DNA of 64,000 nucleotides from Polyangiaceae bacterium (lineage in GTDB: Bacteria > Myxococcota_A > Polyangia > Polyangiales > Polyangiaceae): NCBI GenBank assembly GCA_035063585.1, contig JAPSGB010000016.1, positions 1-64,000 of the forward strand, read 5' to 3'. Of this stretch, positions 58,406-64,000 are shown in pieces. Positions within the stretch are counted from its first letter, which is position 1. Each line of letters starts with the position of its first letter. Under the pieces are notes generated by a model that was not told where the DNA came from, ran no database searches, and worked only from the letters and a program-made list of their open reading frames with translations. Both the position numbers and the translations under genes were made by a program.

Positions 58406-60526
58406 CTACTTCCCTTGGAGATCGAACTGCTCGATGTGGTACTCGCGGCGCGGCACGAGCTCGATGCGTCGCATGTAGCGGCGCTCGGCCTCGACGACCG
58501 CGTCCTTCTCTTCGCCGTTCATGAGGTCGACCACCGCCGGGTGCGCGTTCACGAGCACGACGTACCCGGGCAGCGACTGCCGCTCCCGGCGGATCTGCCG
58601 CAAGATCTCGTACGCGATGGTGGTCCGCGACTGGATTTGGCCGGTGCCGTCGCAATAGAAGCAGGGCTCGTGCATCACCCGCATGAGGCTCTCGCGGGTG
58701 CGCTTGCGCGTCATCTCGATGAGCCCAAGCTCGCTGATGCGGTTGAGAGTGGTCTTGGCCTTGTCCTTGCTGAGCCGCTGCACGAGCGCGCGCCAAACCT
58801 TCTCGCGGTTATTGGCGTTTTCCATGTCGATGAGATCGAGGATCACGAGCCCACCGATGTTGCGGAACCGGAGCTGATAGGCGATCTCTTGGACCGCCTC
58901 GAGGTTGGTCTTGAGGGCCGTCTCTTCCAGGTCCTTGCTGCCCTTGCCGACGTACCGCCCCGTGTTCACGTCGACGGCGGTCAGCGCCTCGGCCTGGTCG
59001 ATGATGAGGTAGCCACCGCTCGCGAGCGGGACTTTGCGGCCGAGCGCGCGCCCGATCTCGTCTTCGATGCCGTAGGCGTCGAAGATGGGCTCGGCGCCGG
59101 TGTAGAGCTCGATGTCCTTCACCCGCTCCGGGAGGAACATCTCGACGAAGCGGACCAGGCGAGCGTACTGATCCTTGTCGTCGATGACGATCTTGTGGAT
59201 GTCGTCGGTGAAGAGGTCACGCGCCGTCTTCAGCACCAGGTCGAGCTCGCTCGAGAGGATGGTGGGAGCCTTTGCGCCCTCGCGCTTGCGCGCGACCTCC
59301 GCCCAGAGCCGCATCAAGTAGCCGACGTCCGCCTTCAGCGCGCCCTTGGTGAGCCCCTCGGCGACCGTGCGGACGATGAGGCCGCCTACCGGCGGCTTGA
59401 GCGTATCCATCACCGCGCGGAGTCGCTGCCGCTCGCGCGAGGAGCCGATGCGCTTCGAGATTCCGGCGTGATCGACCGTCGGCAAGTAGACGACGTAGCG
59501 GCCCGGCAGTGAGACGTGGCTGGTGACGCGCGCGCCCTTGGTGCCGATCGGCTCCTTCGAGATCTGGACGATGACCTCATCGCCCTCTTTCACGACCTCG
59601 GTGATCGGCACCGAGCGTGACACGCGGCTGGTCGCCGGCTGCGCTGCCTTGCCGTTGCCCTTGCCGCCGTTGCTCCGATCGTTCGCCCGGTCGGCGTGGG
59701 GCTTGGCCGGCGCACGGTCGTCGGCGCGCTCGGCGGCGGCGCCCTTGCCGCGCTTGCGCCGCCCGCGCCGTCGCCGACGACTCTCGGCGCCCTCGGCGGG
59801 CGCGTTCGCGTCCCGCGCCGTGCGCTGAAGCTCACCCGCCTCGCCCGTCACGTCGGCGGCGTCGGCTTGCGCCGCTTCGGGCTCCGCGTCACTCGCTGCC
59901 GCGGGCTCATCGTCCGGACCCGCCTCGCTCTCGGCGTCGTCGAGGGAGTCGTCAGCCGGGGCCTCGTCCGGCGCGTCGTCGTGAGCGTCGTCGTGCGCGG
60001 CCGCCGCCTCCGCGGGCTCCCGCGCGCCCTCGTCCGAGTCGTGCGACTCGTCGTGCTCGTCGTGCCCGTCCTGCGCCTCGGCGTGCTCGTCGTGCTCGTC
60101 GTGCCCGTCCTGCGCCTCGGCGTGCTCGGCGTGCCCGTCCTGCGCCTCGGCGTGCTCGGCGTGCGACCCGGCGTGCTCGTCGTCGTCGTCTTCGTCGGGC
60201 TCGAGTCGCCAGTTGCGCCGTCGCCCGCCCTCGCCGCGCATGCTCGGCTCGTCCGCGTCGCGCGCGTCGCCGTGCAGGTACGCCTCGAAGTCCTTCGGGC
60301 GGATGAGATCCTCGACGTGGAGGAACGCCGCGCGCTCCATCCCGACGTCGATGAACGCCGCCTGCATGCCGGGGAGCACGCGCGTCACCCTGCCGAGAAC
60401 GATGTTCCCGACGGTGCCGCGCGCCGCGGCACGCTCGATGAACAGCTCGGCGATGACCCCGCCCTCGATCAGGGCGACGCGGGTCTCACGTATGTCACAG
60501 TTGATAACAAGAGTATTTTGCGCCAT
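58406..60526 (-). CDS. Rne/Rng family ribonuclease with a long low-complexity insertion in the S1 domain
   Basis: GRVTRVLPGMQAAFIDVG, VQISKEPIGTKGARVT, AVDVNTG, IGGLVILDLIDM, GLIEMTRKR and CFYCDGTG. Confidence 0.95.
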   Translation of the reverse strand: MAQNTLVINCDIRETRVALIEGGVIAELFIERAAARGTVGNIVLGRVTRVLPGMQAAFIDVGMERAAFLHVEDLIRPKDFEAYLHGDARDADEPSMRGEGGRRRNWRLEPDEDDDDEHAGSHAEHAEAQDGHAEHAEAQDGHDEHDEHAEAQDGHDEHDESHDSDEGAREPAEAAAAHDDAHDDAPDEAPADDSLDDAESEAGPDDEPAAASDAEPEAAQADAADVTGEAGELQRTARDANAPAEGAESRRRRRGRRKRGKGAAAERADDRAPAKPHADRANDRSNGGKGNGKAAQPATSRVSRSVPITEVVKEGDEVIVQISKEPIGTKGARVTSHVSLPGRYVVYLPTVDHAGISKRIGSSRERQRLRAVMDTLKPPVGGLIVRTVAEGLTKGALKADVGYLMRLWAEVARKREGAKAPTILSSELDLVLKTARDLFTDDIHKIVIDDKDQYARLVRFVEMFLPERVKDIELYTGAEPIFDAYGIEDEIGRALGRKVPLASGGYLIIDQAEALTAVDVNTGRYVGKGSKDLEETALKTNLEAVQEIAYQLRFRNIGGLVILDLIDMENANNREKVWRALVQRLSKDKAKTTLNRISELGLIEMTRKRTRESLMRVMHEPCFYCDGTGQIQSRTTIAYEILRQIRRERQSLPGYVVLVNAHPAVVDLMNGEEKDAVVEAERRYMRRIELVPRREYHIEQFDLQGK

Positions 60527-60772
60527 GCGCTCGGCGACAGGGGCGCGCCAGCGACTCCAGCGAGTCTCGCTTGTCGTCGTGATGCGCCCACGCTGTCCAT
60601 CCCGGTGAGAGGAACGTCTATTGGGGTGGAGCCGACGAGGGCTCCCCCGGAAACCCGCTGATCAGGTCACCACGGCGCTGACTCTCTGTCAAGTATCGGT
60701 AAACAGCGGGGAAAAAGCCCGCCTCCCGGGCCGATTGACCACCCCTCGTCGCGGGGGTGATGCTCGAGGCCC

Positions 60773-61483
60773 GTGAACAAGACGTATCTGGTGCTCGACA
60801 TCGAGACCATCCTCGACGCGGAGCTGCCCATCGCAGAGTCGAGCGAGGCCGAGCGCCTGCCGGCGCCTCCGCACCACGCGGTGGTCGTCATCGGTGTCCT
60901 CTGGCTCGACGAACAGTACGCGGTGCGCCGGCTCGGGGTCATCGGCGAGGGCAAGAGCGAGGCCGGGATCTTGTCTGATTTCGCGAGCTTCCTCGACCGG
61001 AACCGCCCGGATCTGGTGTCCTGGAACGGGCGCGGGTTCGATCTTCCGGTGATCGCGGCGCGCTGCCTGCGCCACGGGGTCCCGTTTCGGCACTACTACC
61101 GCTCGCGCGACGTGCGCTATCGGTTCTCGCCCGACGGCCACCTCGATCTGATGGATTATATTGCTGATTTTGGCGCCGCCAAGCCGAGCAAGCTGGACAT
61201 CGTCGCCAAGCTCTGCGGGCTTCCGGGCAAGGTCGGGGTGGACGGCAAGGACGTCGGGCCGCTGGTCCACGCCGGAAAACTTCAGGAAGTTCGGGACTAT
61301 TGCCTGTGCGACGTGGTCCAGACCGCGGGCGTCTTCCTGCGCGTGCAGCTCCTGCGCGGCGAGCTCGAGCGCGAGGCGTACCTCGCGGCGATGTCCGGGC
61401 TCATCGCGACGGTTCGCGCCGACGAGCGGGTGCGCGCGGTCTCGAGCGTGCTCGACGAGCGCCGGCTGATGCTCGCCGAGTAG
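60773..61483 (+). CDS. Predicted 3'-5' exonuclease related to the PolB exonuclease domain
   Basis: LVLDIET, VSWNGRGFDLPV, HLDLMD and YCLCDV. Confidence 0.85.
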   Translation: MNKTYLVLDIETILDAELPIAESSEAERLPAPPHHAVVVIGVLWLDEQYAVRRLGVIGEGKSEAGILSDFASFLDRNRPDLVSWNGRGFDLPVIAARCLRHGVPFRHYYRSRDVRYRFSPDGHLDLMDYIADFGAAKPSKLDIVAKLCGLPGKVGVDGKDVGPLVHAGKLQEVRDYCLCDVVQTAGVFLRVQLLRGELEREAYLAAMSGLIATVRADERVRAVSSVLDERRLMLAE

Positions 61484-61499
61484 TCCTCGCCGCGAGAAC

Positions 61500-62726
61500 C
61501 TACGGCTCTCGATAGAACCGCGGCACCCGGCGCGACACGCTGGTCAGCACCTCCCACGGGATGGTGCCGAGCGTCCGAGCGAGCTCGTGCGCGCTGATCT
61601 CGTCCTCGCCGAGCGGCCCCTTCTGCGCGCCGAGCACCACGGCTTCGTCTCCGGCCCGGGCCCCTTCGACGTCGGTGACGTCGAGCATGGTCATGTCCAT
61701 GCTGACGACTCCGGCGATGGGCGCGCGCCGGCCGCGCACGAGCATCGCGCCGCGGTTCGAGAGCGCGCGGTCGAGGCCGTCCGCGTAGCCCATGGGGACG
61801 GTGGCGATGCGGCTCGGCCGCCGCGCCGTCCAGGTCGAGCCGTAGCCCACGCTCTCGCCGGGCGCGAGCTCACGCAGCGCGATGATCTGGCTCTGAACCC
61901 GCATGACCGGGCGGAGCTCGCGGGTGCCCTCCGGGCGCGGATCGACCCCGAAGAGGGCCACGCCGGGGCGCGCCATGTCGAGCCGCGCGCGCTCGCTCGA
62001 GAGCAGCGCGGCGCTGTTCGCTGCGTGGCGGAGCCGCGGCTCGAGGCCCGCCGAGGCGAGCACGGCGAGCGCCCCGTGGAAGAGCTCGAGCTGGTGCTCC
62101 ACGGACGACGGCTCGCCCGAGTCGGCGCCGGCGAAATGGGTCATCACGCCGTCGAGCACGAGCTCCGGGTGACGGCGGAGGGCCGCCGCGAGCGCGGGCA
62201 CCTCGCGCGGCAGCGCGCCGAGGCGCGCCATCCCGGTGTCCACCTTCAGGTGCACCGGCAGCGGCTCCGAGCCCGAGTAGCGCACCTCCTCCGCGAACGC
62301 CTCGATCTGGCCCGCGTCGAAGATCACCGGCGTGAGCCGGTGGCGGAGCACCTCGCCCCACGCGCGCTCGTAGTAGCCGCCCATCACCAGGATCGGGCAG
62401 CGGATCCCCGCGTCGCGCAGCTCGATGGCCTCCTCGAGCAGCGCCACGCACACGCCGCTCACGCCCGCGCGCTCGAGCGTGCGCGCGACCGCCTTCGACC
62501 CGTGCCCGTAGCCGTCCGCCTTGAGCACGCTCCACACCTCGGCGCCGCCCGCCACGCGCTGGAGCACGCGGAGGTTGTGGCGCAGGTTGGCGAGGTTCAC
62601 CTCGGCGCGAGTCGGGCGGACCGCGTCCGAGGGGACCGCGCGCTGAGGCCGAAGGACGCGAGGCAAGGGGGTTGCCAGCGCGGAAGCGCCGGAAGTGATC
62701 GTGTCCAGAGCTGGACTTGGCGGCAT
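61500..62726 (-). CDS. alr: Alanine racemase
   Basis: VLKADGYGHG, HLKVDTGMARLG, GYADG and SMDMTM. Confidence 0.96.
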   Translation of the reverse strand: MPPSPALDTITSGASALATPLPRVLRPQRAVPSDAVRPTRAEVNLANLRHNLRVLQRVAGGAEVWSVLKADGYGHGSKAVARTLERAGVSGVCVALLEEAIELRDAGIRCPILVMGGYYERAWGEVLRHRLTPVIFDAGQIEAFAEEVRYSGSEPLPVHLKVDTGMARLGALPREVPALAAALRRHPELVLDGVMTHFAGADSGEPSSVEHQLELFHGALAVLASAGLEPRLRHAANSAALLSSERARLDMARPGVALFGVDPRPEGTRELRPVMRVQSQIIALRELAPGESVGYGSTWTARRPSRIATVPMGYADGLDRALSNRGAMLVRGRRAPIAGVVSMDMTMLDVTDVEGARAGDEAVVLGAQKGPLGEDEISAHELARTLGTIPWEVLTSVSRRVPRFYREP

Positions 62727-62792
62727 CAGGATACCTGCCCGTTAGCGCCGCTCTCGGGGGCGCGTCAACTAATCAGGGGGTGCGACAGACAC

Positions 62793-63413
62793 CTACGTCA
62801 GACAACGCCGCACGCACTTCTTGTAGTCCGCATCGCATCTCTTGCAGGATTTTGACGGCGCTTGGGCGGCGTCTCCCTCGCCGGTCGCCCGGCAGGGCGC
62901 CCCGCACACCGCCCACTCGGCCTGGCAAGCGCGCGTGCAGTCGGCCGCGGGAGGCAGGGGCGGCCCGGCGTCGCGCGGCTCCTCCCCGGCGTCGCGCGGC
63001 TCCTCCCCGGCGTCGCGTGACGCGGGGCTCACCGGCTTCACCGTGGAGGGCGGCGAGACGTGCAGGTTCGCCGGGAGCGGCGACTCGGCCGCCGCGACGC
63101 TCGCCGTCGGGCCCGCGTCGAGCGCGAGCAGCGGCCGTGACACGTCGCCCGACGCGAGCGCGCCGAGCCGCCGGTTGGCGTAGTCGATGCGGTCGCCGCT
63201 CTGACCGTAGGTGTAGATCTGCCTCCACTCCGCCCAGCACGCCCGCCGGTGCGTCGGCGAGATGTTCGTGTCGAGATCGAGCCGGTAGCAGTGCTCGAAG
63301 CGCACGTTGCCCTCGTAGATCGACTGCATGCTCGGCCCGCACGCGACGAGCAGCCGCGCCGCGCCGCCGGCCGCGACGGCGGAGCCCAGCAGGAAGCGAA
63401 GTCGGGTCGCCAT
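62793..63413 (-). CDS. Hypothetical Cys-containing lipoprotein
   Basis: Lipobox LVAC, YEGNVRFEHCYRLD and a C-terminal Cys-rich segment. Confidence 0.7.
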   Translation of the reverse strand: MATRLRFLLGSAVAAGGAARLLVACGPSMQSIYEGNVRFEHCYRLDLDTNISPTHRRACWAEWRQIYTYGQSGDRIDYANRRLGALASGDVSRPLLALDAGPTASVAAAESPLPANLHVSPPSTVKPVSPASRDAGEEPRDAGEEPRDAGPPLPPAADCTRACQAEWAVCGAPCRATGEGDAAQAPSKSCKRCDADYKKCVRRCLT

Positions 63414-63501
63414 GCTCCGAGCGATGAGGGCAGGCTGCCGGGTTTTTCGGGCTCCGGCAAGCCAGGTGGGCTCGCGGCGCCGATTGCGCTAGGTGGGGCG
63501 C

Positions 63502-64000
63502 ATGTTCACGGGTCTGGTGGTCGGGACCGGCACGCTCAGGAGCCGCGCGCGTCGCGGCCCGGGTTACCGCGTCGAGCTCGCCGCGGACCTCGACGCGCTC
63601 GAGCTCGGCGAGTCGATCGCCGTGAACGGGGTCTGCCTGACCGTCGCGGCCGGCGGCGCGGGGAGCTTCGACGCGGACGTCTCGCTCGAGACGGTCGACA
63701 AGACGACCCTCGGCCGGCTTCCCCCCGGCAGCGCGGTGAACCTCGAGCGGTCGCTCCGGGTCGGCGACCGCATCGGCGGGCACCTCGTGAGCGGGCACGT
63801 CGACGGCGTGGCGCGCGTGACCGCGGTCGCCCCCGCCGGCGAGGCGCTGCGCGTCCGGATCGCTGCGCCGCGCGAGCTCGCGCGCTTCATCGCCGCGAAG
63901 GGCTCGGTCGCGCTCGACGGCGTCTCACTCACGGTGAACGCCGTCTTCGGCGACGAGTTCGAGCTCATGCTCATCCCGCACACGCAGAAAATCACCACTT
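63502..64000 (+). CDS. ribE: Riboflavin synthase (alpha chain), runs off the window end
   Basis: Translated by hand as MFTGLV...GESIAVNGVCLTV...VNLERSLRVGDRIGGHLVSGHVDG...KGSVALDGVSLTVN. Confidence 0.95.
   Translation, partial: MFTGLVVGTGTLRSRARRGPGYRVELAADLDALELGESIAVNGVCLTVAAGGAGSFDADVSLETVDKTTLGRLPPGSAVNLERSLRVGDRIGGHLVSGHVDGVARVTAVAPAGEALRVRIAAPRELARFIAAKGSVALDGVSLTVNAVFGDEFELMLIPHTQKITT

Overview
Very GC-rich chromosomal window, most consistent with a myxobacterium of the Polyangiaceae/Sorangium type (mglBA, a MYXO-CTERM protein, a TIGR02265-like protein, many Gly/Cys-rich lipoproteins). The left ~18 kb is accessory. It holds IS3 and IS91-type remnants and a three-gene DAB-type inorganic carbon pump operon (DabA/DUF2309 plus two NuoL/NuoM-like subunits). 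That operon is divergent from an excisionase-type HTH-PTS EIIA regulator, with 10-bp-phased direct repeats between them. The same region has a 4.1-kb segment bounded by near-identical 52-bp hairpin repeats, carrying a YdjM-like hydrolase / Xre-ImmA peptidase / PIN operon and truncated genes. The rest is mostly core genes (ligA, rnhA, tlyA, comEC, hpt, rarA, yggS, mglBA, recX, rne/rng, alr, riboflavin synthase) interspersed with lipoproteins, an orphan SctQ and a pair of DUF3857 transglutaminase-like proteins. A REP-like motif recurs in about ten intergenic spots, and an unannotated 41-aa Lys/Arg-rich ORF lies after recX. No rRNA, tRNA or CRISPR array was recognised. All family assignments come from motif recognition by eye; no searches were run.
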